This document shows positions 1-13,299 of a stretch of 64,000 nucleotides of DNA, piece by piece; positions within the stretch are counted from its first letter, which is position 1; each line of letters starts with the position of its first letter. The stretch is from Eledone cirrhosa. Lineage: Eukaryota. The notes beneath the pieces are model-generated. The model was not told the DNA's origin, did no database searches, and worked only from the letters and a program-made list of their open reading frames with translations. Location: positions 83,452,001-83,516,000 of the forward strand of contig OZ024743.1 of the NCBI GenBank assembly GCA_964016885.1, in the 5' to 3' direction. A program made the translations under genes and the position numbers.

Positions 1-354
1 TATATAAAACATGAGAAGAAAGAAGAATGGTGCGGGGTTGCACATAGGTTACATATGATAAAAATAGTCCTTCGTCAGTGATTTTCCAACCATCATTGGT
101 ATTTCATCGCATTAAAAATCATATACCTCAGGTTGGTGCGAGCAATATCTAAAAAAAGTTATTGGGACCAGTAAATCGCGTAAAGCGAGGGGGACAAGTG
201 AACAACATAGAAGGATAAAAGCAAACCAAAGAAAGGAAATAAACAAGCAACATGATAGTCCTGGTCAGCATAACCTGGGTGGATTTCATGAGCGAAAGGT
301 ACAGGCACATATATATGTATATACATTCCCACACACACATATACACATATATTT

Positions 355-422
<68 letters not shown>

Positions 423-1160
423 CTGCTCTGTAAAACAACCGATGTTATTACATTGAGCTATTTATCTTACTGGTAATAAGATAGTAATTAATGACTATCT
501 TTCACTATTTAGGGTTTGTATAAAAAATATATAACCATAAAAGGTTTTATTACATACATAACCATAAATAGTATCCTTAATACTATATATATATATATAC
601 GGGTAACAAATAATAGTTATATCCAGTCCCCTTAGGTGTAGTCCAGTTATGGTATTCCGGGTAGTGGATGATATCAACGCTAGGCTTGGTTTGACTCAAC
701 AAGGCGTATTCATAGTGATGTTGCGAGTATGCTGTAATTCCTATGTTTAGCTTTGACAGTGTTGTCCCATTCATGTATGTTATTGAAGATGAAAAGAAAG
801 ACTGTATTCTCATCTAATGTAGACCACACAAATTCTACTCAATGATAAATACTTCGTCGGTCAGATAAATACTGAACATTACGGCCACCTGACCTATATT
901 GGTGATAAACACCGGCTTATCTTTAAAATTGATACAATACACACTACGACATGCCAAACTTATACTTCTGCTTCATGTCAGCTAGTTTTACACGCCGAAA
1001 TCTTAGATACACTATACCCCCCACCTAATGTAATGTCAGGGTCTCCTCAAATAATTTATTACTAGCATTGTTGTAATTGTTGTTATTGTTCTAACTGAAT
1101 GCCATTACTACTTCATATAGTAGCCTGTATATTCCTTTCATGCCTGTATATTCTCTTCAT

Positions 1161-1281
1161 TCTCGCATGCTCCGAAGAACTGACTGGTTATAATTTTGTA
1201 TTGGCGATCGAGTAACGTGAAAACAAGCGAATAGCGATCTCTAGACCTACCAGTTCAGAGAAACAATTGTCAGCAATGAGA
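1161..1281 (+). ncRNA. Degenerate type I hammerhead ribozyme (PLE pLTR remnant)
   Basis: Stem I tctc.catgct/agcaatgaga; core CCGAAGA (U4C relative to CUGANGA); long stem II actgactggt...accagttcag; GAAA; palindromic stem III caattg; UC site. Confidence 0.6.
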
Positions 1282-1327
1282 TTAAAAACCTTTTTTGTAT
1301 TGCAAACCATGTCAATCTTCTTTCCTG

Positions 1328-1383
<56 letters not shown>

Positions 1384-1417
1384 CATTCACTCACAAATAT
1401 ACACATGTACGCACAGA

Positions 1418-1477
<60 letters not shown>

Positions 1478-1479
<2 letters not shown>

Positions 1480-1695
1480 AGTATAAACAACGAAAAATCA
1501 GTGATGCATCTGGATTCAGTTTATTGCGTGTTACAATTGTTTAGCTCGAAACAATTGTAACACGCAATAAACTGAGTCCAGATGCATCACTGATTTTTCG
1601 TTTATTTATACTATCCACACTCTACTCTGTATGAATATTGAGTGCTAATTTTGGCATACCGCCTATGGAAGCACCATAGCTACCATTATACACAA

Positions 1696-1696
<1 letters not shown>
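1478..1696 (+). mobile_element. Fold-back Penelope-like terminal fragment (hairpin about 1478-1613 plus tail)
   Basis: Near-perfect inverted repeat with apex at tttagctcGAAAcaattgTA (3' half of a hammerhead); about 80-nt tail on the right arm only; flanked by (TG)n and (TA)n. Confidence 0.7.
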
Positions 1697-1729
<33 letters not shown>

Positions 1730-1735
<6 letters not shown>

Positions 1736-1982
1736 AGATGGCGTAGGACAGAACAAAGGAGAGGCACAAAACAAAGAAACGAATCCCCAGTCACTGAACA
1801 GGTCACAGAATGTGTGACGAAAGAACTTTGATAATATATGAACAACCGTCTGGTTATAGAACCAACCAACCAACGAGAAATGTATAAATTCTTAAATTTA
1901 TAAATTTAATTTATAATAAATTGGAGTGAAAGCAACTGGTGCGTGTGTTTCTTATTGGCAACATGACCCTCCAAAAATAACC
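1730..1982 (+). mobile_element. Short hammerhead-bearing repeat, same family as 4840-5450
   Basis: Nearly identical to the 5140-5390 arm; gtca-CUGAACA-ggtcac...gtgac-GAAA-gaac-UU-tgat (decayed core). Confidence 0.7.
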
Positions 1983-4142
1983 ACTTGGCAAAAGACCACC
2001 GACCTATTGTATGCCGGAAACTAATGTATAAAATGCATACAACCTGTTTGGACCTATTCCCCTAACAACACGGTAACAACAAAATCATCACAGATGAGCA
2101 AGCAGTTGGGAAGAAGGGTGTTTGGTGGTATGTTGAGCAGCTTCTAATCAACACAATCACGACGTAAGAGATGCAGTGACATAGGAGGTTACAGTCGTAG
2201 GAGGTTACAGTCTACATGGACTACAGGATATCATTCGATCCTGTTCCCTACACTTGGATGTTAGAGGCCCTTCCACTTGCTAAAATCCCAGATACCTTTA
2301 TCAGAGCCATAGAGAAACTATCTTCTTCCTGGGAAACTATCTTGAAGAGGAGGACTATATTATCACTAATAAAACAGAATATCGCAGAGGTATATTTCAA
2401 GGAGTCTTTCTGTGATGCTATTTGTACTGTTAGTAAACTCCTTGCCTTTATACTGAGGAAATATGAAGGATGTGTAATTGGTTCACAGGAGGCCAGAAAC
2501 AATAACCTAACATACAACTTCTTTGCGGATGACCTGAAACTTTATGCCTAGAATATAAATTGTGTGAAGAAAAACCTTCACCTGGTTACGATGTTTTCAA
2601 GAGATATAAGAATTGAGTTTGTCTAGGATAAATATTCGCATTGATTATAAAGCGAGGAAAAACTATGAGCCAATCTAGCAACATCAATATCAATGATCTG
2701 ACTGTTTCATTAGTATCTGACGAGGACTACTACAGATACTTAGGAATAAATGAAAATATATCCTATGATGGAATTTGTAACAAGGAACAAGTAACCAGGG
2801 AATATAACATCCGAATAAGAAAAAGATGGTCTTCTGAACTCTCTGCATGCAATAAATCTCACAATGTGTTTGCAGTGCTGACACCAACATTTGGATTATT
2901 TGACTGGACGCTAGATAAAATCCGAGCCATTGATGTTTAAAGCCAAAAGTTCTAACCGGCGCCAGAAATTCCTACATCAACAGTCATATAGACTGCCTCC
3001 ACATGAAACGTAAACTGGAAGGCAGAGGTTTAACATCAGTCCATGCAGCATTTCAGTATCGCATCATACCCTCCGAGAACATCAACGAACCACAAAGCAG
3101 AGAAGCCCATCCTTAGAACAAGTCTGTCAACAGGTAACATCATGAGAGTTGGTAAGATGCTTCTTGAGAAATACTCTCTGCATGATAACGTAAAACTTAC
3201 ACCCAGGGAAATGCACAGCAATACCGCAATGAAAAGCTGCAAGTTTATCAGCAAAAAAATCATGCATGGTTATGTTGCCAAAAAGCTTCAGTTTGAAGTT
3301 TGAATAATATAGATAAGCAAAGCAGTTTATATTGGACCAAAAACAGGTATATTGGCTCCCACTTTGAAGGATATGCGTTTGGAATCCAAGAACAAGAAAT
3401 AACAACGAAATATGTGATGCAAAAAAGAGATAAGGATGCAGGCAAAACACCTTGATGTGACAATAAATTCAGACTGTGCGGAATAAACATCAAGGATGTC
3501 ATTGATGTCAAAAGCAGCTGTCCAACTATTTACCTATGAAGCATGATGTAGTGGCCAAGACACTATACAATGCAATCCACAGAAAGGATAGCTCCGACAA
3601 TAAACGTACAAAAAGTTACAGCAATGTGGAGGACTTATACATACATAATACGAAAGCGTACTGGTGGAATGTTCCAGTCAAAATTCCAATAAAATACAAA
3701 CATAACAGACCACCCATAGTAATATGAGACAGAGAAAAGAAGGCATTCACAGTAGTGGAAATCAACTGTACAGCAGATGTCAATATAATGCTAAAGATCA
3801 GTGAAAAGGAGAACATTTAGGCTGAACTAGTGACGAATCTGCAAATACTCCACCTTGACTATACCTTTAGATTTGTACTTGTGGTCATCGGGGCTCTGGG
3901 ATATGTTACTAACTGCCTCAGTACAAATCTTGAGAAGTTGGGTTTCACAGAGCCAGAGCACGACTAGATAGGAAGTTGCAAGTACAGTCCATTAATGGAA
4001 CTGTAAAAATATGTAAAACATTCCAAAAATTCAGCATCTAATAACTGCATATACACATGTATAATCACAGAAGCATATGCACGTGTACACATATAACTCA
4101 AAACATACGGATCCATACATACAATAACAGCCATACATGCAT

Positions 4143-4145
<3 letters not shown>
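1983..4145 (+). mobile_element. Decayed R4/Dong-clade non-LTR retrotransposon (RT, CCHC and restriction-like endonuclease)
   Basis: Broken ORFs DYRISFDPVP, FFADDLKLYA, YRYLGINEN, HFEGYAFGIQEQEI, KHNRPPIVI, VVEINC; colinear with 17293-19313; many stops and frameshifts. Confidence 0.85.
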
Positions 4146-4211
<66 letters not shown>

Positions 4212-4474
4212 GACACACAAACAAACAGATACACATACACATACGTATTTACATAGTTGATGTCAAAATTCCAATGACTCTTGTTTCTATGCTAGAAGGC
4301 AGCTCTCTCTCTCCCCCCTCTCTCTCTCTCCCTCTCTATTGGTGAACATTTATAAAACAATAAAACCAGAAGAACATACATCATATACGATGGCTGTCGA
4401 CTCGTTAGACGAGTATAACCATCACAGGAGTAAAGAAGGCTTGTAAAAACAGATATTATTGACATTTATAGACA

Positions 4475-4832
<358 letters not shown>

Positions 4833-4839
4833 ACATATA

Positions 4840-5447
4840 TATTGTTATGCTTTGGGAGGGTCATGTTGTAATAAGAAACTCACGCACCAGTAGTATTCAC
4901 TCCAATTTATTATAAATTAAATTTATAAATTTAAGAATTTATAAATTTCCGGTTGGTTGGTTGGTTCCACAACCGGACGGTTGTTCATATATTGTCAAAG
5001 TTCTTTCGTCACATATTCTGTGGCCTGTTCAGTGACTGGGCATTTTTTTCTTTGTTTTTGTGTCTCTCCTTTGTTCTGTCCTACGCCATCTTGTTTTTTT
5101 GTGTGTAGGACAGAATGGCGTAGGACAGATCGCGTAGGACAGATGGCGTAGGACAGAACAAAGGAGAGGCACAAAAACAAAGAAAAGAATCCCAGTCACT
5201 GAAGAGGTCACAGAATGTGTGACGAAAGAACTTTGACAATATATGAACAACCATCCCGTTGTGGAACCAACCAACCAACTGGAAATTTATAAATTCTTAA
5301 ATTCATAAATTTAATTTATAATAAATTGGAGTGAAAGCAACTGGTTCGTGTGTTTCTTATTGGCAACATGACCCTCCCAAAGTATAACAATATCGGTTTC
5401 AACACACGTTTTCAGATAAAGAATCTTGTTAAACAAATTCAGAAACG

Positions 5448-5450
<3 letters not shown>
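4840..5450. mobile_element. Fold-back element with about 250-bp inverted arms, each with a hammerhead fold, and a tail on the right arm
   Basis: 4840-5092 is the reverse complement of about 5140-5392; the apex has tandem gatggcgtaggacag units. Confidence 0.8.
5195..5237 (+). ncRNA. Minimal type I hammerhead ribozyme
   Basis: gtca-CUGAAGA-g-gtcac(agaatgt)gtgac-GAAA-gaac-UU-tgac. Confidence 0.6.
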
Positions 5451-5498
<48 letters not shown>

Positions 5499-5650
5499 TT
5501 ACTACCAGAATGGCCCGGCGTTGCTCGGTATTTGCTCTAGGGTTCTTATATATTTCATATCGTATATTTATCCTTATCGAGCCTCGTCAAATAAATACGT
5601 TTGTTTATATTTTGTTATTGTGTATGCAAAAATATCTATACACGAATATA

Positions 5651-5728
<78 letters not shown>

Positions 5729-5786
5729 AACTCACACACACACACACACATGTTAATAGATTTAACTCATAATGGAACCCTGCGCG

Positions 5787-5833
<47 letters not shown>

Positions 5834-5952
5834 ACACAGACACACGCGCACATGCTTGAGTATCAAGCGATTGCATTACTCGCAATCGAGTTGCAGCCAT
5901 CATGTATGTACGTGTGTATGCATGTGTGTGAGCATATATATATATAGATATA

Positions 5953-5996
<44 letters not shown>

Positions 5997-6369
5997 TGTG
6001 TGTCTGTGTGATTTATTTATATAAATATATATGCGTACACACACACACATATATATATATGTATGTAAGTATGTATATACACACACAAACACACACACAC
6101 AAACACACCCACACTCACATACACACACACACATATATATATATATCCTGCTTCCCACGGAGGTAATTCGGTTTCAATGTAACCCCTTAAATATTTCAGC
6201 ATGTCCTCATTTCCAAATGATGTCATGGTGACGTCAGTGGAACATAATGGTCCCTTAAACATAAACAAACAGGGAAAGGGAAGCTTCAACAAAGTTGCGC
6301 CAAATATATATATATATGTGTGTGTGTGCTAGTGTGCGTTTATCTATCTATATATCTATATATCTATAT

Positions 6370-6401
<32 letters not shown>

Positions 6402-6427
6402 ATATATTATATATACCAATTATGTTA

Positions 6428-6617
6428 GGGCGGTGGATTGGCTGTATCGGTAGAGGGTCGGATGCCATGCTTTGACGCATTGAGTTACAGCCCTTGCCAT
6501 TCTGAGTTCAAATCCCGCCGAGGTTAACTTTGCCTTTCATCCTTACGGGGTTGATAAAATAAAGTACCAGTAATACACTGGGTAATTGCTGGCCTTGTGC
6601 CAAAAAAAGAAACAATT
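6428..6617 (+). mobile_element. tRNA-derived SINE family A (Nin/Deu-domain-like core)
   Basis: A-box-like tggctgtatcgg, B box gagttcaaatcc, core gcctttcatccttacggggtcgataaaataaagtacc; many copies in the window. Confidence 0.85.
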
Positions 6618-6633
6618 ATATATTATATATACC

Positions 6634-6960
6634 AATTATGTTAGGTTGTTTACCAATGGTTAGAACAGGTGGTTCCGGTTCGTAAGCGATGTTGCAATAA
6701 ATTAATTAAAGCACTCAACGTTATCAAATCATCTATCGTAGATGTGGTATCCCGTGGCTGGTGAAGGAATGGAGTTAAGTATTCATTAAAAACAGAAGGT
6801 CGGGCAGTAAATTTACTTTAGAATTCTGCGAAAACACTATACATATTTCAATAGCCCAGCTTTATAATCCGATCATGATGCATGACTTAGACGATTTCAT
6901 CAGGTGTTAATTGCAGAATTAGTTCCATACGACAATAGGATTGTGTCGAACACAAACAAA
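6634..6960 (-). mobile_element. Hammerhead-bearing PLE-like terminal fragment; relative at 56205-56627
   Basis: Shares sequence with 56205-56627; contains the hammerhead at 6833-6908. Confidence 0.7.
6833..6908 (-). ncRNA. Type I hammerhead ribozyme
   Basis: aacac-CUGAUGA-aatcgtctaag...ctgggctatt-GAAA-tatgta-UA-gtgtt. Confidence 0.7.
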
Positions 6961-6976
6961 TAATATATATATATTT

Positions 6977-7180
6977 CGTAGCATGAATCAACTGAGAGTA
7001 CAAGACTCCTCCCTGGACAGGACGCCAGTCCATTGTAGAGTTAACACCCCCCCCCCAATTATTGCTGGTACCTATTTCCATCTGAGTATACTGGAGCAAC
7101 GCGAAATGCAGTGTTTTGCTCAAGAACAGACAACCCAACCCAGGAATCGAATTCACGATATTAGGACCATAAATCCAATT
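6977..7180 (-). mobile_element. tRNA-derived SINE family B (CORE-like domain)
   Basis: B-box-like gaattcgattcc then gttcttgagcaaaacact...ctccagtatactcag; relatives at 37615-37760 and 50150-50403. Confidence 0.65.
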
Positions 7181-7240
7181 GGCTTAATTTGGCAGATGTA
7201 GATACATTTTAATTATAAAGTAAACATTATTTAATTAGAT

Positions 7241-7432
7241 AGGCGGTGGATTGACAGTATCGGTAGAGGGTCGGACACCATGCTTTGGCGTATGATTTGA
7301 ACTCAGAACTCCATTCTGAGTTCAAATTCCGCCGAGATTAACTTTGCCTTTCACCCTTACGGGGTCGATAAAATAAAGTACCAGTAATGCAATGGTTAAT
7401 TGCTGGCATCGTGCCCAAAGTAGAAATAGTTA
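7241..7432 (+). mobile_element. SINE family A
   Basis: Full-length match to the other family A copies. Confidence 0.85.
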
Positions 7433-7514
7433 TTTAATTAGATATAACTAAGTATACATTGTTTAACTATGTATATCTCGGTATATATATTAAAACTAGT
7501 TTTAACTAGGTATG

Positions 7515-7711
7515 CAGACCTGCCAACCTATAAAATCCCAAGCGGGGAGTACCATGACAAAAAGTGTCCCGAAACGGGGAGAAATGAAGCAAAATGGGGA
7601 GATTTTACATAATAAAAGCTATTCCCATTTTTACAAGAGAAGACCTTTTTAACCCCCCCCCCCCAAGTGGGTGGGAGTTCTCCTCGTCGGAGGGGTAAGT
7701 TGACAGGTTTG
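7515..7711. mobile_element. MITE with imperfect TIRs and a 7-bp TSD
   Basis: TIRs cagacctgccaac / gttgacaggtttg; direct repeat aggtatg at 7508-7514 and 7712-7718. Confidence 0.75.
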
Positions 7712-7869
7712 AGGTATGTGTATTTAACTAGGTTGCACTAGTTATACATTATTCAACAGTACACTTGACTGATTCACTATTATTTCTGTTTGACCTGACT
7801 TTGTCTATGTTAAGTCAGCGTGTTCCCGCCATAACACACCTGCTCTGACACACAGTGATATATATATAA

Positions 7870-8080
7870 TATAACAAAGAGCGTGTGGTAAGATACCAGG
7901 TGGACCATAACGCACCAGGGTACTCAATACTTAGGGTAGTTGAGTGGGTAATAGGAAAAGAGTCAGGACCCCGACGACTGAGCTCCGGCCGTTTCGACAG
8001 CTAGATCCGAACAGTTCAGATCTAGCTGCCGAAGCGGCCGGAGCTCAGCCGTCGGTGTCCTGACTCTTTTCTTTTCCTAT
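7870..8080 (-). mobile_element. Fold-back Penelope pLTR end (apex 8013, tail on the left arm)
   Basis: Inverted arms of the 3' half of the U3A8 hammerhead family; tail homologous to 9087-9165. Confidence 0.8.
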
Positions 8081-8087
8081 ATATGCA

Positions 8088-8493
<406 letters not shown>

Positions 8494-9040
8494 GAGTCCT
8501 GTAGAAGCCATTTCTATATTAAATATTTATACTCTGCTCTGTATTGAGTACCTTACTTACTGTGGTTATCCCCGATTGAACCCGGGATAAACTCATCTAT
8601 ATATATATGTACATGTATGATGTATGTACGTATTTTTTTCGGGGAGGGGGGGGGGCAGTGGAGTGAGAGACCCCTAGTCTTAATGAAGACATCTCTCTAG
8701 GAAAAGGTTATTCTGATATAAAACCTGCGACTTCGTTTACATCCAATGATGTAGACCAGTTCTTTTGGGGTAAATGCATTAAATGTTCAGTGGGATTAGC
8801 TTCAATGTTCAGTGGGATTAACGCCGTGCAAAGCCTTTCCTCACTTAAAAAAAGCTTCAAGCGCAGGCATTGCTTGTATCAAGCGATACAAGTATCAAGC
8901 GATTAAGTATCAAGCGATTGCATTACTCTCAATCGAGTTGCAGCCATCATGTATGTACGTGTGTATGCATGCATGCATGTGTGAGCATATATATATATAT
9001 ATATATATATGTGGTTACCTCCGATTCAACCCGGAATAAC

Positions 9041-9088
<48 letters not shown>

Positions 9089-9179
9089 CGAAGGAAATGT
9101 GGTAAGGAACCAGGTGGACCATAACGCACCAAAGTACTCAATACTTGAGGTAGTAGAGTGGGTAATAGGAACCAGTAAG

Positions 9180-9273
9180 ACCCCGACAGCTGAGCTCAAG
9201 CCGTTTCGACGGCTAATTCTGGACTAAATGAAAATTTATCCTGGTATTTAAATAGCCGATCTTCTCAAGGGGT
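9180..9273 (-). ncRNA. Type I hammerhead ribozyme, U3-A8 core variant (inverted pLTR copy)
   Basis: Reverse complement of 11680-11773. Confidence 0.75.
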
Positions 9274-9945
9274 AATTCCATATATGGTCAAAGTGATTGT
9301 CAAAAATCAGTAGTAATTCTGTGGTTGCAAATTAGTAGGGGAGATGGTGGCTAAACCTGCCAGTAGGAGAAAGAGGGGAGGGGGTGGAGTAGACCCAATC
9401 AAGCATTGGTAGTGCCAGCTACAGCTGGGCATGAGGTCAAAGAAAATACTGGGGAGGGGGAGGGGGAGGAAGTCGGAACGGTAGGTAGAACAATGGGGGG
9501 TAGAAATATATAGGAAAGAAAAAATACTGAGAGTGAAGAAAAGCAAATAAGTGTAAAGAAAAAAGTAAAGTAAATTCTACGACCTAGGTCTCTAGCTATT
9601 GTTAGGCTAGAATAAATAAATAAATAAATAAAGAAAGAAAGAAGTAAAGAAAGAAATAAAGAAATAACGAAATAAGTAAATAACGAAATAAGTAAAAGAA
9701 CTAGGTAGGACGGGATAGGCAAGGACCCTTTAAGAGGTATAAGTACGTAAATGATACGGTGACGGGTCAACAAAAGGAGCCAAAATACTAAAGAGACTAC
9801 CACGAAATAAACAATAAAGGTTTCCATCCCGGGCACAATGCCAGCAACCACCCATGCAGCAAAGTGAACTAGTACGAGATAATAATTCTGAGTCCCGAGA
9901 AAAATATATACTAATGTTAACTCTAAAACATCTAAAACAAGCTAC

Positions 9946-10596
9946 ATGAAACTATTCTTTAGGCTCATTGAAAAACACTTCCCATTACAACACCGCTACC
10001 ACAACATAATTAACAAAAATACCATCAAACTCTCTTACAGCACTACACCAAACTTCGCACAAAACATCGTCTCCTCTAACAACAAAAAACTCAACCCCGA
10101 TGGCAGAAATAACCTAAATAGCAGTGGAGAACCGACCAGGAGGTGTAACTGCCCGGATAGATCCATTTGCCCACTCGACAATAGATGCAGAGACCGTAAT
10201 GTGATCTACCAGTGCAACGTGAGGACGGATACCTCCAACAAAGCCTATATAGGACTTACCGCATGTGACTTCAAGACCCGGCTATACCAACATAGACATA
10301 CCTTCCGAAACCCGGCCCGGCGTCACGCCACTACACTTTCGGGCCACATATGGGACCTCAAGGACAACAACATCACCTATGATCTCACTTGGAGATTACT
10401 GTCCAGAGCCAATTCTTACACGGGAGGACGCCGTCCGTGCAATTTATGCTCGGAGGAAACTTTACAAATGCTGTTTTCGACGGACCAACTCCTAAACAAG
10501 AAAGATGAACTGGTTACTGCATGTAAACATAGATTGCGTAGGACTTACCTCGCCCTCAAACCCCATAATGACCCGGGGGGTAGACTAGGGCTATAA
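9946..10596 (+). CDS. C-terminal part of a PLE polyprotein: linker plus GIY-YIG endonuclease (Naiad-like)
   Basis: NKNTIKLSYS, CNC..CPL...C, VIYQ...AYIGLT..FKTRLYQH, LSGHIWDLK, CNLC, LLNKKDELVTACKH; RT domain lost by 5' truncation. Confidence 0.9.
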   Translation: MKLFFRLIEKHFPLQHRYHNIINKNTIKLSYSTTPNFAQNIVSSNNKKLNPDGRNNLNSSGEPTRRCNCPDRSICPLDNRCRDRNVIYQCNVRTDTSNKAYIGLTACDFKTRLYQHRHTFRNPARRHATTLSGHIWDLKDNNITYDLTWRLLSRANSYTGGRRPCNLCSEETLQMLFSTDQLLNKKDELVTACKHRLRRTYLALKPHNDPGGRLGL

Positions 10597-11679
10597 CACC
10601 CCATTTGCCGATTTTGCAATGGGTAACCCCTGCTTGCCAAGGGAGACGTAAGATCTTCTTTGTATTCTTTTATCGCTTCCTTTATTTCCTTCCCTCCTCT
10701 CTCCTTAGTCCTTCTACCCCAGCTCTTCTCCTTTGTCGGCGTCTTTTCTCGCCCACCCGAGGCTGCCCTTTGGCCCCTTGTAGCCTTAGTACCCCCACCC
10801 CCTCCCCTAGTCTATGATAGATTTGGCGGACTCCGCCTTTTATAGCAGTTGGTTTAGACCCCGGATACTTGTCCCCTTTTTCCGACCGCTCCCACTATTC
10901 TCTGTGCCCTCTATATTTCTTAGTGGCACTTATGCCTTATTTTTTCGTTTCAGTATTTCTTTCTTCGCTTTTCTTTTGGGCGGGGTGGATTCTGAATTTA
11001 TTTTTCCGTATTCTACCTTTACCTCGTTCGAACTTTCATGTAGCTTGTTTTAGATCTTTTAGAGTTAGCATTAGTATATATTTTTCTCGGGACTCAGAAT
11101 TATTATCTCGTACTAGTTCACTTTGCTGCATGGGTGGTTGCTGGCATTGTGCCCGGGATGGAAACCTTTATTGTTTATTTCGTGGTAGTCTCTTTAGTAT
11201 TTTGGCCCCTTTTGTTGACCCGTCACCGTATCATTTACGTACTTATACCTCTTAAAGGGTCCTAGCCTATCCCGTCCTACCTAGTTCTTTTACTTATTTC
11301 GTTATTTACTTATTTCGTTATTTCTTTATTTATTTATTTATTCTAGCCTAACAATAGCTAGAGACCTAGGTCGTAGAATTTACTTTACTTTTTTCTTTAC
11401 ACTTATTTGCTTTTCTTCACTCTCAGTATTTTTTCTTTCCTATATATTTCTACCCCCCATTGTTCTACCTACCGTTCCGACTTCCTCCCCCTCCCCCTCC
11501 CCAGTATTTTCTTTGACCTCATGCCCAGCTGTAGCTGGCACTACCAATGCTTGATTGGGTCTACTCCACCCCCTCCCCTCTTTCTCCTACTGGCAGGTTT
11601 AGCCACCATCTCCCCTACTAATTTGCAACCACAGAATTACTACTGATTTTTGACAATCACTTTGACCATATATGGAATT

Positions 11680-11773
11680 ACCCCTTGAGAAGATCGGCTA
11701 TTTAAATACCAGGATAAATTTTCATTTAGTCCAGAATTAGCCGTCGAAACGGCTTGAGCTCAGCTGTCGGGGT
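11680..11773 (+). ncRNA. Type I hammerhead ribozyme, U3-A8 core variant
   Basis: acccc-UUGAGAA-gatcggcta...tagccgtc-GAAA-cggct(tgagctc)agctg-UC-ggggt; predicted cleavage after GUC at 11768. Confidence 0.75.
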
Positions 11774-11783
11774 CTTACTGGTT

Positions 11784-11859
<76 letters not shown>

Positions 11860-11902
11860 TGTGTGTGTGTGTGTATTTATTTATATAAATATATATGCGT
11901 AT

Positions 11903-11938
<36 letters not shown>

Positions 11939-11995
11939 GAGTCCAGAATTAGCCGTCGAAACGGCTTGAGCTCTGCCGTCGGGGTCATACTTGTT

Positions 11996-12025
<30 letters not shown>

Positions 12026-12028
<3 letters not shown>

Positions 12029-13212
12029 TGTCTGGGTGATTCTTAAGAAGTTAGGTGTATCAGAATAGATGCTTAATATCATCATTTTCCATCGGAGGAT
12101 GATGGCTTCAGTTAGAACCAGCGGAGAAGTGTCCGACCCATTCACTGTTTCAAAACAAGAGTACGTTCTTGCACCACTCCAGTTTCCTTTGTATTTCTCT
12201 GTTATGCTGGAAACAGCTTTTGAGAATGTCAAATAGGGAGTGACGTTTGAATATAGAACAAGATGTGGCTTGTTCAACCAGCATCGCTTCAAAGCAGGAA
12301 CTAAAACTACAGTGTAAACTGTTCGTGACCTGCTCTTTGCAAATGACTGCGCACTTGTAGCCCACAACCCTGAGGAAATGCAGTGGATCGCTGACAACTT
12401 CTCGCGCATGTCTAAAGCTTTTAGTCTGACTATCAGCATTAAAAACACGGAGCTTGCCCACCAGCCTTTTCACCCCCCCCCCCCGGCTGTTGTTTCTATT
12501 GTTTATGTCGATGAAAAGGCCTCGAAACCTGTTTCCTCCTTCACCTATCTTGGCTCCATTATATTCAATTTTATCGACCCCGTAAGGATGAGAGGTTGAC
12601 TTTGCCTTTCATCCTTACGGGGTCGATAAAATAAAGTACCAGTAATGTACTGGGTAATTGCTGGCCTTGTGCCTAAAGTAGAAACAATTATATTCAATGA
12701 TGCAAGATGGGCAAAGAAATAATGTGCAGGATTGGGAAGGTTAGATCTGCCTTTGGTAGTCTTTATCACAGGCTTTGAATGATGTTTCATTAAAGGTGAA
12801 AATTGATGTGTACAAGTCAGTAGTACTAATATCGCTACTCTATGGCGCTGAAGCATGGGCATCAATCAGCTTGATGTTTTTTACATGCGATGCTTACGTA
12901 CTATCTGCAAAATAAAACTAACTGATCACATTAGAAATAGTGAGGTTCAGACTAAATGCAAGAAGTCAGGCATTGAAGCTATCCTCGTGAGATTCCAACT
13001 CAGGTGGGCAGAGCATCTTTCTCATATGAGCGATAGCAGACTTCCTAAGGTGTTGTCTTTTTTTGGTCAGTTTTCGACAGGCAGGCCAGTTGGCAGACCA
13101 CTCTTGCGCTTCAAGGACAAACTCAAGGACAATCTGAAACTTCTCTTCGTGGGAGAAGAAAGTATCAGAACTCAAGAGCTGGTGTCAGTGTTGCTTCTCA
13201 TCTATTCAAAGG
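12026..13212 (+). mobile_element. Decayed RTE (BovB-like) LINE RT fragment, interrupted by a SINE fragment at about 12568-12692
   Basis: LLFANDCALVAH, FSLTISIKNTE, FTYLGS, MRCLRTICKIK, QLRWAEHLSHMSDSRLPK. Confidence 0.85.
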
Positions 13213-13213
13213 C

Positions 13214-13287
<74 letters not shown>

Positions 13288-13299
13288 TGTCAAGCCGTT

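Larger units (their letters stand above)
9087..11787 (+). mobile_element. 5'-truncated Penelope-like element with inverted pseudo-LTRs, inserted in (TA)n
   Basis: 9165-9909 is the near-perfect reverse complement of 11072-11787; encloses a GIY-YIG ORF; about 80-nt tail only on the left copy; (TA)n on both sides. Confidence 0.92.

Noticed and set aside
6428-6617. tRNA genes suggested by A and B boxes
   Set aside because: These are SINE heads: no complete cloverleaf, and each is followed by the SINE core and tail
9946-10596. Selenocysteine recoding, as reported for some Naiad elements
   Set aside because: No in-frame TGA; the cysteine motifs use TGT/TGC codons
9307-11646. ORFs in the Penelope pLTR and UTR (9307-9851, 10605-11646)
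   Set aside because: Low-complexity pyrimidine-rich frames with no recognisable domain
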